Shown here piece by piece: positions 39,301 through 50,591 of a stretch of DNA of 64,000 nucleotides. The notes below the pieces were generated by a model that was not told the DNA's origin, did no database searches, and worked only from the letters and a program-made list of their open reading frames with translations. The first letter of the stretch is position 1. Each line of letters begins with the position of its first letter. Both the position numbers and the translations under genes were made by a program. This DNA is from Lingula anatina (taxonomy: Eukaryota; Animalia; Brachiopoda): assembly GCA_051362555.1 (NCBI GenBank), contig CM120642.1:124001-188000 (forward strand). Direction: 5' to 3'.

Positions 39301-42269
39301 CTTGCATCAAACACTACTCTAATTTTCCCCGGTTTGTTTGGGTTGTATATACCGTGATGAGGTAAGTACCATACTTGGCCTTGTGCTGAGACATCATAAA
39401 GAGGAACACGCTCTGCATAACCACGCTCCAAAATATTTGTAACAAATGCTACATAATCTGCACGGTAAGTTTCATTTTTCATCATCTTCCTCTTTTGCCA
39501 CAATGCCCTCTGTACTGCTTGTGACCGGTTATTAGGAAGTGACACTTCACTGGATCTGAAAGGTAAGGGCAAAGTATAATGACCATTCTCAAAAACAACA
39601 CCGTCTTCTGCAATCTGTAAGAAACGTTTGTCCTCTGGTGACATTCCTTTCTCATCAGGATATGATGGCTTATGCTCACAAAAATCAAGCTCCATCATGT
39701 GCATTGCAGTAGCCGGGGACATTATCTCCTTGTGGACTTCCTCCACCTGTATACGATTGCATGTAATGTGGTCCCTAGTATCAGCGGTTAACGGTCCATG
39801 TACTGTCCAACCGTGTCTAAGTAACACTGCATACGGGCCTCCATTTGAAGAAGGTATTGCTCCAAGCGGCTCCAAGGCTAGTGGGCAATTGTTTCCAATC
39901 AAGATAGACAAGTCCACATTTTCTTGCAATTCTGGTATTTCCTGAGCAACACTTTTGAGGTGATCCCACCTTCTGACGATATCTGGCGTAGGTATCTGAT
40001 CTTTGGTGATTGGAATATCATCTCTTGTGAAAGTTCGTGGCAGTTCAATGGCATTATCACCATTACTATCTGTAATCACCAGATTTTCCACCGCATTGCT
40101 TTGAAAACAGCTGCTTCCAGACATAGTCTTAAGCTGGAGACGAGTAGTTACACCCGAGGCATCAAGTTGGCGGAATAATCCTTCTGTAATAAAACAACCA
40201 CTACTTCCATTATCATAAAAACAGTATGCATTCATAACAGTGCTACTACCTTTCTGGTGGATCTTCACTGGGAGAATTGCATGAAAAATACGGTCTGCAG
40301 ACACTGTGGTAACGCAGGAAGACACAGTAGCACCATCGGTAAGCTGTGTATTAGCTTGAGCTGTGAGAGAATGCGATTGGACAGCAGGTTGTCGTCGGGG
40401 CCGAAAGCTTTCAACATGGAGTGAAGATGGATGCAATTTCTGACACTTCTGACATCGGCGTTTCTTGGTGCAGCCCTTTGACACGTGGTCTCGTCCAAAA
40501 CATCCAAAACAGAGGCGTTTATCCATCAGAAAGGCTCTCTTGTCATCGATACTCTTAGATGAAAATGTCTGACAGTTCTCAAGGTCATGACGTCCTTGGC
40601 AAAGTGGACAACAAGGTTGCGCGGTAGTGACGTCAGAAACGGTCGTTGCCAAACTGGACACTTTTTGGTTGAACTTACTTGTTGGAGGCTTTGAAGACTT
40701 TGTAGAGATCGTCCCTTTACCAAACACTGGGTCGTTGGCTACTTCAGACGCTGATGATACAAAGGAGACAAGATCTGAAAACTGAACAACTCTTTGTTGA
40801 TGTTGTCTCAACTTAACTACATGCTCTCGCCATTTATTTTGCAAATAAAAAGGCAGTTTCTTAACTATATTTATCATATTGGGTGGGTGATTTAACACAC
40901 TGAGGTAAGATAAATGCTGCATTGCATAAGAACACTTTGTTAATGACAAAGCCAATTTCTTTAGACCAACATGATCATCTTGTTTTACAGATGGCAACTC
41001 ATTCACTTTATTCAAATACATCATAGCAGTTTTATATGGGTCACCATATTCTTTGTCAAGCAACATACGGGCTTGTTGATACCCATCCTCTAAATAAAAA
41101 CAACTACTGATGATTTCTTTGGGCTCACCTATCAGTAACTGATCAAGGTAATACAATTTGTCAGATGAAGATGCTGCACGAGAAGCAATACGAGTATCAA
41201 AAGCAGCCAAGAAAACCCTATACTCAGTTAAGTCACCAGCAAACTTTGGCACTTCTGGCTGAGGTAAGGACAACGCAGCTAGGAGAGCATCAGTGTGGAG
41301 TAGATGACTGCCTCCAGGAATGCCACTGTTCTGAGGGACACGCTCTGGTACTTCTACGCCAGTGGGGAGTAAAGGACTGCCTCCAGGAATGCCACTGGTC
41401 TGAGGTGCACGCGCTGGTACTTCTATGCCAGTGGGGAGTAAAGGACTGCCTCTGGGAATTGCTCCGGCCTGGGGAGTGATCGCCGTTGTCACATCAGTTG
41501 TGGGTTCTCGGGGAATGGCCCTGGCGTAAGGAGTGGGTGTCGTTGCTTCTACATCACTCATAGGTCCTCGGGGAATGGTCCTGGTGCTCGGAGTGAACGC
41601 TGGTGCTTCTGCATCGATCGGATGTACATGGCTGTCTCGGGGAATAAATTCAGGAGCCTCTACATTCATCATACCGTGGTCGGAGAGGTTATCTACCCAG
41701 GCATCTACATTAATGGTTTTCAACGGTGCCCATGTTTTCAGCTCTGCTTCCGCTTTTTTAATTGCAGTCTGAATACGCAGCGATTCCTTCCTTTGCTTTA
41801 GTCGAAATTCTTCTTCTTCAATTTTCTGTTTTTCTTTTAATGCCTTCGCCTCTTCTTCTAAAACTGCCCTTTTTGCCGCAGCTCTTGTAGATCTTTCACT
41901 GTTGGTGGTTGATCTTGAACTTTTACTAGAGCAGGAGACAGCATCGTCTTCATGGAAATGGAATTTGGAGATATATAAAGATGTACGGCGTTGAACTTTA
42001 CTAAAATTTTCCTCTGCCTGGTCTAAATATTTTTCTGCTCCTTCTTTTTCTTCTTGGGTATTAAGCAAATTGAAGTATTTAAAATGTGCCTCTCTAAATC
42101 GGTCTATTGAAACACAAAAGTCATTCAATGCTTTCTGTACAATATTTACATGAGCAGAGTCCAAAATAAGTTCATTTATGATGTTTTCTTTTTTAGTACA
42201 TTCACCTTTAAAGGCGGCACGACTGTGCTTTAATTCTTGACGATAGTCCCGGTCTCCACCTGCATCCAT
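36339..42269 (-). CDS. BEL/Pao Gag-Pol polyprotein, 1976 aa
   Basis: DUF1759-like gag, three Cys/His knuckles (CPLCQGRH, CFGCFGRDH, CQKCQKLH), protease FYDNGSS, RT (YLPHH, RVVFDAS, FYVDD), RNase H (HVFSDAS, PRLEL), integrase HHCC + DCFGP/SDNGTNF/WER, C-terminal DUF5641-like (FWARWKREFL). Confidence 0.98.
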   Translation of the reverse strand: MDAGGDRDYRQELKHSRAAFKGECTKKENIINELILDSAHVNIVQKALNDFCVSIDRFREAHFKYFNLLNTQEEKEGAEKYLDQAEENFSKVQRRTSLYISKFHFHEDDAVSCSSKSSRSTTNSERSTRAAAKRAVLEEEAKALKEKQKIEEEEFRLKQRKESLRIQTAIKKAEAELKTWAPLKTINVDAWVDNLSDHGMMNVEAPEFIPRDSHVHPIDAEAPAFTPSTRTIPRGPMSDVEATTPTPYARAIPREPTTDVTTAITPQAGAIPRGSPLLPTGIEVPARAPQTSGIPGGSPLLPTGVEVPERVPQNSGIPGGSHLLHTDALLAALSLPQPEVPKFAGDLTEYRVFLAAFDTRIASRAASSSDKLYYLDQLLIGEPKEIISSCFYLEDGYQQARMLLDKEYGDPYKTAMMYLNKVNELPSVKQDDHVGLKKLALSLTKCSYAMQHLSYLSVLNHPPNMINIVKKLPFYLQNKWREHVVKLRQHQQRVVQFSDLVSFVSSASEVANDPVFGKGTISTKSSKPPTSKFNQKVSSLATTVSDVTTAQPCCPLCQGRHDLENCQTFSSKSIDDKRAFLMDKRLCFGCFGRDHVSKGCTKKRRCQKCQKLHPSSLHVESFRPRRQPAVQSHSLTAQANTQLTDGATVSSCVTTVSADRIFHAILPVKIHQKGSSTVMNAYCFYDNGSSGCFITEGLFRQLDASGVTTRLQLKTMSGSSCFQSNAVENLVITDSNGDNAIELPRTFTRDDIPITKDQIPTPDIVRRWDHLKSVAQEIPELQENVDLSILIGNNCPLALEPLGAIPSSNGGPYAVLLRHGWTVHGPLTADTRDHITCNRIQVEEVHKEIMSPATAMHMMELDFCEHKPSYPDEKGMSPEDKRFLQIAEDGVVFENGHYTLPLPFRSSEVSLPNNRSQAVQRALWQKRKMMKNETYRADYVAFVTNILERGYAERVPLYDVSAQGQVWYLPHHGIYNPNKPGKIRVVFDASAKFQGTSLNDHLLQGPDLANNLVGVLCRFRQHQTAFTADIESMFFQVRVPVEQRSFMRFMWWENGDLNSDLQEYQMSVHLFGAVSSPSVANFVLKKIGAEAENSEVSKTLLRNFYVDDCIKSVKSTYDAIRLVDDLQKTCASGGFHLTKFASNSIEVMDSIPKAEHSKEISSIDIHYDELPITKTLGVQWNIETDQFEFSIQLKAKPSTRRGILSVISSLYDPLGFVAPVILPAKKILQDLCRDGNVGWDDDVPEKFQERWSKWSSSILALENVKINRCFKLSDCLPHGEVQLHVFSDASFYGYGSVAYLRCKDYAGNINVFFVAGKARLAPIKTMSIPRLELTAAVTSVRLAKMIEREIEEDLKVFYHTDSTTVLRYIANEKKRFPVFVANRIQLIRDFSSVEQWRYVPSSNNSADEASRGLSADELSDSARWLTGPEFLYIEEDTWPASPLNSQTQDQSESDDEIQHTACFALSSDEEDSFFQLVNHYSSWYKLCKAVAIYGKFVQWLCKREKSKTSFSPVITSEDIAQSETTVIRWLHWRSYKDEITQLTSVDADQTRSRAKTVNKTSNLYKLDPIVDNGILRVGGRLQRANLPEKAKHPIILPKKGHITTLIIRQEHERLGHAGRNHVLSSLRTKYWIISGNAAVRSLLAFCVKCRRLTGPVEQQRMANLPSCRVDETLPPFSRSGVDCFGPFVVKDGRKEVKRYGVLFTCLSSRAVHIEVAMNLETDTFLNVLRRFIARRGNVRELWSDNGTNFVGAHKELTQALQNMKHDVIQDNMCRVGIDWHFNPPAASNMGGSWERMIRSVRKVLTGLLQEHGTQLDTDSFHTLLCEVEAIINSRPLTTVSMDPRDEDSLTPNHILTLRSRVTIPPPGVFQREDVYLRKRWRRVQYLANVFWARWKREFLLNLQSRTKWMKHRRNLAIGDVVIIREENVPRCEWRMGRVKEVEMDSEGYVRAVLLKTQSVDIRRPSNKLVLLVPNEH

Positions 42270-42288
42270 GGCTGTTATTATGTACTAG

Positions 42289-43105
42289 TGTGAAATCGTT
42301 GAGACATTGGAGAGTTTATGTTACTCATGCTTTATTTCAAATGTTCAGTTCAGCAACCATTCACATCGCTTATGTCAGTACAGTAAATGGTCTAGTCAGC
42401 AGGTCAGCATGACAGCAAGCAAGCAAGCAAGCAAGCAAGGTACATAATCTAAAAAAAACAAAACAATAAATAAATAAAATGAATAAATAAATAAATAAAT
42501 AAAGGAAACTATATAAATACTTATGCATCAAATACATAGGCCTAGGTATAATTTACTAGATATATGGAACATTACATTACATTAATTCGGTTATATATAG
42601 CGAGACTTGAAATTTGCTATATCTATACAGTAAACCGAAATGATATGAAGTTTACCTTATAATGCAATAATCATAATTAAAACGTTATATACTGAATTAC
42701 AGGAAGGGTTTTGCAGTTGATAATTAAACCAATGCGTTCTCATATTATCATTTATCGTACTTCATATTAATTACCACACCCTACCAGGTGCTCTATCTTA
42801 TATACCTATTTTTTTCACCTTTATAATTTATACAGAAAACTTATAAATACACACTTGACAGTATAAACACTTACATTATGATTTCTCCCTTTGAACTGTT
42901 ACAATACACTATACTACGTTGGGAAATACGGTTAGCTGCAGGAGAGACCCTTCTTGTACGGATTCTTGTAGCGTTATGACCCAGTAGCATTCAAATAAGC
43001 GCGCTACTCACACAAGTAATGAAAACTACTCATAACTGTTATAGCTAAAACAAGGAATCTGTACTTACACCTTGTTTATATAAAACATGGAATCTGGCAC
43101 TTACA
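42289..43105 (-). repeat. 5' LTR (817 bp)
   Basis: By eye it differs from the 3' LTR by ~2 substitutions and a 2-nt poly-A indel; contains (GCAA)n and (AAAT)n; minus-strand AATAAA at ~42331. Confidence 0.97.
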
Positions 43106-43803
43106 AATGGGATAGATTTTGGTGATTATTTATTAATTAGTTCTATAATCAGTAGATAATGATGAGAATTGACCTGCCTTGGCCGAGGTCTGCGCTCCCT
43201 GAGTGATTATCTAAATTCATTATGCTTATTTTGGACTATTACGCCTGCGGCAGTAATGTGTGAATTTAGTGGTTAAGATTTTTTTTATGTATTCATCAGA
43301 TATTTAGATTTGATTTTTTTTCAAATGTAACTGCTTCATGGTGTTTCTAAATAATAAATTAATAACTAAATAAATAGATAAACGCTCGACAAGGTATATT
43401 AATTGTTTAATTGGCCAGTAAGCTAAAAAGTTAATTTATGGCACAATGCGTTACTGTAACATATTTGGTGAAGATTGCAGGGTGGCACGTTCTCTCACTG
43501 ACTTCTTCTTGATATCAACGCATATCGACAATAACTCCCAGTAATGTTCATGCGCGCCACGGACAAGGCTGACGTCATCCAATGAAGGTTACATCGTGCA
43601 ACATTCTCTCATGTGACGTAAAACCAGTAAAAATTGGCCTATATGCCTTCTGTATATGACTCAGGATCCAGTTTTATAATTGAATTTCAGAACACAAGCT
43701 GCACCTAACGCCCAGACGGGCATTATCGGTGTACTTCAATATAGAATTTATGTCTTGTGCCTTCAATGAAGTAAAGTACCGATTGATCTAGATCGGCGGC
43801 CGT

Positions 43804-43805
<2 letters not shown>

Positions 43806-43880
<75 letters not shown>
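43806..43880. repeat. (TA)n microsatellite
   Basis: Direct inspection; similar tracts at 46559-46603 and 50377-50427. Confidence 0.97.
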
Positions 43881-43882
<2 letters not shown>

Positions 43883-44108
43883 AGGCACAATAAACATTCC
43901 TCATTACTTCCGTTATTTAAAATTTATCTTTTAATTGTTATCATAATAATAATTTTATTGGGCTGGTATAAGTAATTAGTAAAAAGCTACACCAAAATAT
44001 GTGAATCTGTCTACATAGTAGTAGTATTAAATTTCAACCTAAGTTCGTCATTGGACCCGTACGTAAGTGCAGAGCCGACATTGAGTGAGGGAGCAGCAAC
44101 TGGACTGC

Positions 44109-44740
44109 TACGTGTCTGCTGACTGGTTGCAGTAGATGTGATCCACAGACACAATGTGATAAGCGTATATAGCTTGTGGAGTATTAATTGTACATGTCTG
44201 CTGACAGATTGCAGTAGATGTGATCCACAGACACAATGTGATAAGCGTATATAGCTTGTGGAGTATTAATTGTACATGTCTGCTGACTGATTGCAGTAGA
44301 TGTGATCCACGGAAACAATGTGGTAGGTGTATATAGCTTGTGGAGTATTAATTGTACATGTCTGCTGACTGATTGCAGTAGATGTGATCCACAGACACAA
44401 TGTGGTAGGTGTATATAGCTTGTGGAGTATTAATTGTACGTGTCTGCTGACAGATTGCAGTAGATGTGATCCACGGAAACAATGTGGTAGGTGTATATAG
44501 CTTGTGGAGTATTAATTGTACATGTCTGCTGACAGATTGCAGTAGATGTGATCCACGGAAACAATGTGGTAGGTGTATATAGCTTGTGGAGTATTAATTG
44601 TACGTGTCTGCTGACAGTTTGCAGTAGATGTGATCCACGGAAACAATGTGGTAGGTGTATATAGCTTGTGGAGTATTAATTGTACGTGTCTGCTGACAGA
44701 TTGCAGTAGATGTGATCCACGGACACAATGTGGTAGGTGT
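44109..44740. repeat. 82-bp minisatellite, ~7.7 copies
   Basis: Unit catgtctgctgacagattgcagtagatgtgatccacggaaacaatgtggtaggtgtatatagcttgtggagtattaattgta. Confidence 0.96.
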
Positions 44741-45976
44741 GCCAGCTTCTGGTACAATGTGTTAGATGGTACTGTTTTGTTCACATAGCACAATTAATCA
44801 GATAAGATGGTTATTTCACTTCAAATATTATTATAACGGTTGCTATTTTTTAAGCTTTCATTACTAAAAATAGGCCCTCGTTACTGAATACGAAAATTTC
44901 CCATACTAGCAAAGACCTCCTTGCAACCCACCAATCATAATAGGTGCAGCCTTGTCTGTAAATGATAACAGTTTATCCTGGCTTATTGCAGCATCACAGT
45001 TCGTGTACTGTATGGAGCATACAACAACTGCTGGTATATATTTTGAATTGTGAAGTTTTATTCCTTGGAAAGTACTAGTACAAAGCACTGCTGGTATTTT
45101 TTATTAAAATTTATTCATAAATTTCAAGCATGAACAATTTGAAATAAAGCATAATTTTGACCAAAGAATGAATCAGTTTCAGTTTTATATTCTCTATACA
45201 TTTATACAGAAACATTATATACCTTAGAATCATTACCTTTTTATACAAATCTGTTGTTGAGTATATGTTTCCAAATTTTCATCTTGGCTAAATTTATCCC
45301 AATTTTTAATTTCCATATTTTTGAAATTTTTCTAGCATTCTACAAAGCAATGAAATATATCTCAAAAGGGCAATAATTACAAACATCCTGTTCTAAAATC
45401 TTACATTTCTTTTAATATTTTCCTGTGTGATAAATTTCATGCAGAATTCCCCAAAGAACTGCTCTTATAACAGACTGATTACATGTCAAAAATATTCCAT
45501 TTCATATAACATAGTATGGCACCCTTTCATTTAGGAATACATTACCTCTTAATTTGGTCAAAACAAGTTCATACAGGTATCTTACTTCTCTAGCAGTAAT
45601 ATATTTTCATTGTATTCCTTTGAAGGCCAATTAATACTTTTTGATTTACCATTATCCTTAACTAACTGATTCGTGATAAAAAATTAACACTTCATATTCG
45701 ATTAATGTAAGACCGAAAATTTATTATTCGTTTTCATTCATTAAAAACCTGCTTAATACTTTTATTAATTTATTCTCAATAAAAACTAAATAAATTTTAT
45801 TGATAGATATATTGGTTCTTGCAACACATAGAATGTGACGTACGGAAACCTCAATAAATCTGACTCATTTGAACTATTTATTTATCAAAGACTCTCAAAA
45901 ATCAATTTAATAAATTAAAAATGTATAAAAACTGATTCTAAGGCGTTTACATAGGATACTTACTTCATTTTCGTAT

Positions 45977-46228
45977 AGGGTGCCAACTTGCCGCGACCCT
46001 GGGGCCAACTTCACCCGTGGCGGGTCAAGTTGGCCCCCTTGACATCAACTACGTTTCTTTGTTAAATTGTAAGTCATCTGGCATTATATTTTAAAAATAA
46101 TGACGTTGCATACGTTGCTTAGTTCATGGGGCTTACTTTGAAACCGGTTTTGTTACTCTAACCCATTCCTAGTTGGCTCTACAAGGCCAAAAGTGTCTAA
46201 CTGGCGCAACTAGCCCCGGTCTCCCTTA
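45977..46228. mobile_element. Degenerate pogo/Tc1-mariner-type MITE fragment
   Basis: Right end caactagccccggtctccctta with internal ggggccaactt/aagttggcccc inverted motifs and a TA flank. Confidence 0.4.
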
Positions 46229-46556
46229 CGTCCCACCACCTGTCATATTAAACACTATACTCGATATGTAAGGTGAGGTAAAAGTCGAGGTGAAGGTGAC
46301 GTATAGGCCTTGTCTTGTATTTTAAACTACAGATATCTTCTGGTGTTTGCTTACTTGGTATGGATGGTAGTGTGATAGTTTGTGATAAGTTTGGACACAC
46401 TATTACTAAGCCAAATTAACAGACAAACCTTTTCTTTAAATGTGCATTTGTTTTTCAATTACCATGGTGCAGTGGCGTAAGAAACCGAATATATATAAAA
46501 TATCAATAACTAAATCAATAACAATCATTTTAATTCATTAAACGTTGGCCTAGCTA

Positions 46557-46620
<64 letters not shown>

Positions 46621-46859
46621 GGTAAAAATTTATTCTAGTCCAGTGCTTTTTCCTGGCATTATATACTAACCGTCAATGAAAACGTTCCAGTAAAGATTAC
46701 TTCTTTTTGCAGCAGCTATAAAATGGGTTTGTTGTTGTATTTTGCTTAATCAGGTTTGGTTTGGTGATGTTTTTGAACTTTCGTCATGCAACCTTGCCTT
46801 CACTGGGTATATATAGTCGCCAAGTCTAACAATAGTAAAATGCTGTCATGATCTTGGAA

Positions 46860-47880
46860 AATGTGATTAACGGCATTTGTTGGGTGTGGCATGGAATGTC
46901 TTTATACAGACAATACAAACGTACAAACGACGCCCTTGTTTCAGATGTTTCATCACGCTATATAGGGACAAGTTCCCAGCATGACTGTTACATGGGAAAG
47001 TGGTGACTGACATTTGACATTTGTTTAAACATCATGCAGTCCCTGGGACATTAGACAGGGTGACTACCATACTCCACGATATGTGCATCTGCCTATAACA
47101 TCCTGGACATCGACTTGGCTCAACAAGCCTCACCAGATATGAGACGCGCGGACGAAAAAAACAGTCGAATCAGCAACCCTACAGTAAAAAGACGCTTATG
47201 TCCGTATAACCTCCATTTACAGAGGGAACGATCTAACTCCTTTCCAATTCCAAAATCGTTCACAATGGACTCCAGAACCTGGCAGCGCAATATACTAAAA
47301 AGAGAAATCAAGTTGCAATTAAACACAGGGAACGGCCAGATGTATTTGTCAGTATTTTTGCCGAGAAGAGACACGCCAAGATGGAGGCCGACTCAACGTT
47401 TAACAAGTCTTGCCTAAAGTTATATCACGAAAATAAATACCATTGTAATATATTTCTATTTCATATCACCCTTGTTGAGGATCACCGTTTTCTGCTCTCT
47501 TGCAACTGGACTCATTTTTCTAGTGTATTGCGCTGGTGTGTTGCGCAGCATTGCAAAATTTAGTCACAACTGGACAGTGCTTGTAAGCACGCACCTCCAA
47601 GCTCAGGCAGTGGATGACCTTCAGTGAGCAATACATTCCCTGAGTCTATTTAAACATTTCTCACGTACCATTTGGGCAGACAGATCCCCCATCCACCTCT
47701 CATTAACATGCACCAACTGCAGCAGGAACTTCAGGAAGAGTGGGACTGAATCCCACAAGAGGTATGTTATAAATCCTGTATGAGTTAGAGACATGATGTG
47801 CCACATAGTGCCCGTATTCCATACTAAGAATGTTATTCTGATGTTAAAGGATGCCAATTTTTTGCTAATCATACCTCCAA
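46860..47880 (+). pseudogene. Decayed Tc1-like transposase relic with an unrelated internal insertion
   Basis: 47620-47830 translates to ...LGRQIPHPPLINMHQLQQELQEEWD*IPQ, resembling the Tc1 C-terminus (LGRR...LRQALQEEWxxIPQ); multiple stops and frameshifts. Confidence 0.55.
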
Positions 47881-48834
47881 TAAATGATTGCATTCAAACC
47901 TCTTTGTTGTTGGTGACAGTTATGCAGATACTATACAACACCACATTTGAATTGATATACTTTTTATGTCACTTTGGTAATGAAGTATGTAAAAAGACTC
48001 CAAGGAACATTTTCATGGACGGTCAGTGTCTATTGTGTAAATAACTTAACATTTAATATTGCCTATTCGGCCAGAAAAAACTTGTTGAATTCCATTTTCA
48101 TATTCTTTTTTTTTTTTTTTGTCTCATAGAGACATCGTTTAAAACAGCCATGTAAATTCTAAAACACTGGTGGATTACAGCAGTATTTTTTTTAGCATTT
48201 TCGTTAATATAGTATATTATATTAATATCATACAACAAAAATGTTAATAACACTAGAAAAACCAATTTGCCGCCAGTGCAAACAATGTCATTTAGAAATC
48301 CCTACATGTGTATAACATAACTGTTTAAAAACATTTATTATAATCTACCAAATTATATAACTGAAACTTGAGCCCTACGTGTAGAAAACATTAAAACCAA
48401 ACACTGGCTCATTCTAGTAATACAGGAAACATCAATATCAATTACTGGTGATTATAGTCATATATTATCTCTCACTATGTCTCCACACAGGCTGATACTG
48501 TCTAATTTGAGGCATTACTAATACTATTTTTCAATGTCATGTGCGGTAGAGACAGAATTTTATTACATGATCGTTACCATACTTAAAAATAAGTATGGAG
48601 AACTAAGACATATTGATAATTGGATGATTGAAATTAAAGCAACTTTGTTAGCATACACATAAACATCACTGTTATGGCCGATGTCTCTTAAAATCATGTT
48701 TTATGGGTCCTCAGTAAATACTCTTTAAAAAAACGCAATTTTTTAGATTCAACACTTGCCGTGGATGCTCCAGCTTTATGTTGCACATCTTCTTTTTATG
48801 TTCCACTGCTTGCTTCATTATTTCCGGCTGTTCT

Positions 48835-48942
48835 TCAATCTTTTATCGAAAACTTCTCCGTTTTTTCCTCTCGATTAGCTTTCTTCAGATCCTTAATTTT
48901 CTTCTCGAAGTTTAACTTGTCCTCTTCCCGACTTCTTTGCAG
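48835..48942 (-). CDS. Probable terminal coiled-coil exon of the GBP gene (LQRSREEDKLNFEKKIKDLKKANREEKTEKFSIKD*)
   Basis: aatttag|CTG phase-0 acceptor matches the phase-0 donor at 56243; E/K-rich helical composition. Confidence 0.55.
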   Translation of the reverse strand: MQRSREEDKLNFEKKIKDLKKANREEKTEKFSIKD

Positions 48943-49290
48943 CTAAATTATTCAGAATAAAAACATGTAATGAACTTTTATTTGGGATGTTTTAAAAATA
49001 ATTTGGTACATTCCTATACGAAAATCAAATAATATACTGTGTATTTTTGGGTAGCTCATAATCACCATAATCATCTTCATTTTATCACACATAACGTTAG
49101 ATTACACCAATTTTCACCTTTGAAAACAAGAAGGCTTACATCAGTTTAAAATATCTTATCAAAAATCTGAAGCACCCCCTAGTTTTCTACCCTCTACCAG
49201 GGCGACTGATAGATTTTTACGGATATTCACAGATATGTCTCTAGCTAGATAGATTGTCGTTTTCAGTGAATAGCTTACAAAAAACATTAA

Positions 49291-50373
49291 AGGTACATAC
49301 GAACCGAGCATCGGTGGAGCATGGATTCCCAGTAACACATGTAAACCACTTCTACTAGATTCTTATATGACTCAAATAAATTCGACATGCCAAGGGATAA
49401 ACTGAATAGATCACTCGATCAGCCATAAAAGACCTTTAGACTGCTCCTTTCTTTAAATTTTTGGTTGTAAATTTAACCTACTTTCGTGACCTACTTTCCT
49501 GCCCCATTGGCATACAGTTTAGAATGCCAGCAGAAAAATCCGTTTAAACATCATTTTCGGGTAAAATTAAACAATGCCTTTTGGTAATTCTCTTAGTTAT
49601 ACTACTTGAAACTATATGCTGGTATTTGGTTGGTTTTTGTGACAAAAAATTGACTTTGTATGCATCTTTAAGCAAACGCCCAAAGAAAGCACTAACTGTA
49701 CTGCGTTTGACTGCAGAATGTGGCTCTGTGAATGGAAAAACTTGCTGGCTTAACATGAGAGTGCAAGTTAGGGAGAAGCGAGGTACATGTACCATTAAGA
49801 TAAAAATCTGAGAGCTCTCGCCTCAAGGTGGATGCACAAACTGGGCTTGTTTATTAGAGAAAATCGCATTATTTACGTAAAATCTTCCTAAAAAACGCAA
49901 TACAGGGTAATGAGGGTCCAAGATCCCACGGTAGAGTTTTGGTGTCATCTTTTTTTAATCAGAGGTAACGATTGACTCTTTTGCAAGGTCCCGTGTTGAA
50001 CCTGCTCCAATTCCACATTGTATGTAATCGTACATGTAGTTAGTCAACATGTTAATATCAATACATAAATGTATGGACCCTCCAGCCCCAAGGTTCCATA
50101 AACATAGATTGTGACAGTGCCACAGCTGTGAGAATTTGGTTTTAGATTCATCTAAAAAAAATATCTTTTAAAAACAATTTTAATATTATTATACATTAAA
50201 ATAAAATTCTTAACATAGGTTGTGGCAGTGCCACGGCATGCAAGTTTTGTAAATTCTCGGTTTAAATGTCTTAATCTTGAAAATCTTCCTTTTTTTCAGG
50301 ATAATTATGAAACATACTAGCATCGTTCCTATTCGTCTGTGATCAAGAACATACACAGGAAGTGCTAAACATT

Positions 50374-50432
<59 letters not shown>

Positions 50433-50591
50433 AAATGTTTCTGAAATTTTAATATTAATAGAGGTCGTAAAAGTGAAACATGAATGCAAATATATAAAAT
50501 AGTAATGATAACAAGGAAATCCTTAAGATATACGGCATAAAGTGCGGATATACATAACTATTATTAACTATATAGGCTTAAAATGTTTCCT
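49291..50591. mobile_element. Possible non-autonomous TTAA-targeting (Kolobok-like) element
   Basis: ttaa-aggtacat ... atgtttcct-ttaa short imperfect TIRs with TTAA flanks. Confidence 0.35.

Larger units (their letters stand above)
35387..43105 (-). mobile_element. Full-length BEL/Pao LTR retrotransposon (7.7 kb), TSD aatgg
   Basis: Two LTRs with TG...CA ends, 5-bp TSD aatgg at 35382-35386 and 43106-43110, a single intact gag-pol ORF, PPT-like ggagccgggta before the 3' LTR. Confidence 0.98.
35203..43215 (+). mobile_element. Non-autonomous Helentron-like (HINE/DINE-type) element split by the BEL insertion (pieces 35203-35386 and 43106-~43215)
   Basis: Subterminal inverted repeats tacctgcgccaag / cttggccgaggt, (gtct/gttt)n microsatellite after the 5' repeat, 3' hairpin gcgctc-cct-gagtg. 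Confidence 0.6.

Noticed and set aside
36466-41772. Many short ORFs overlapping the BEL polyprotein
   Set aside because: Antisense or alternative-frame shadows of gag-pol; no env-like ORF is present
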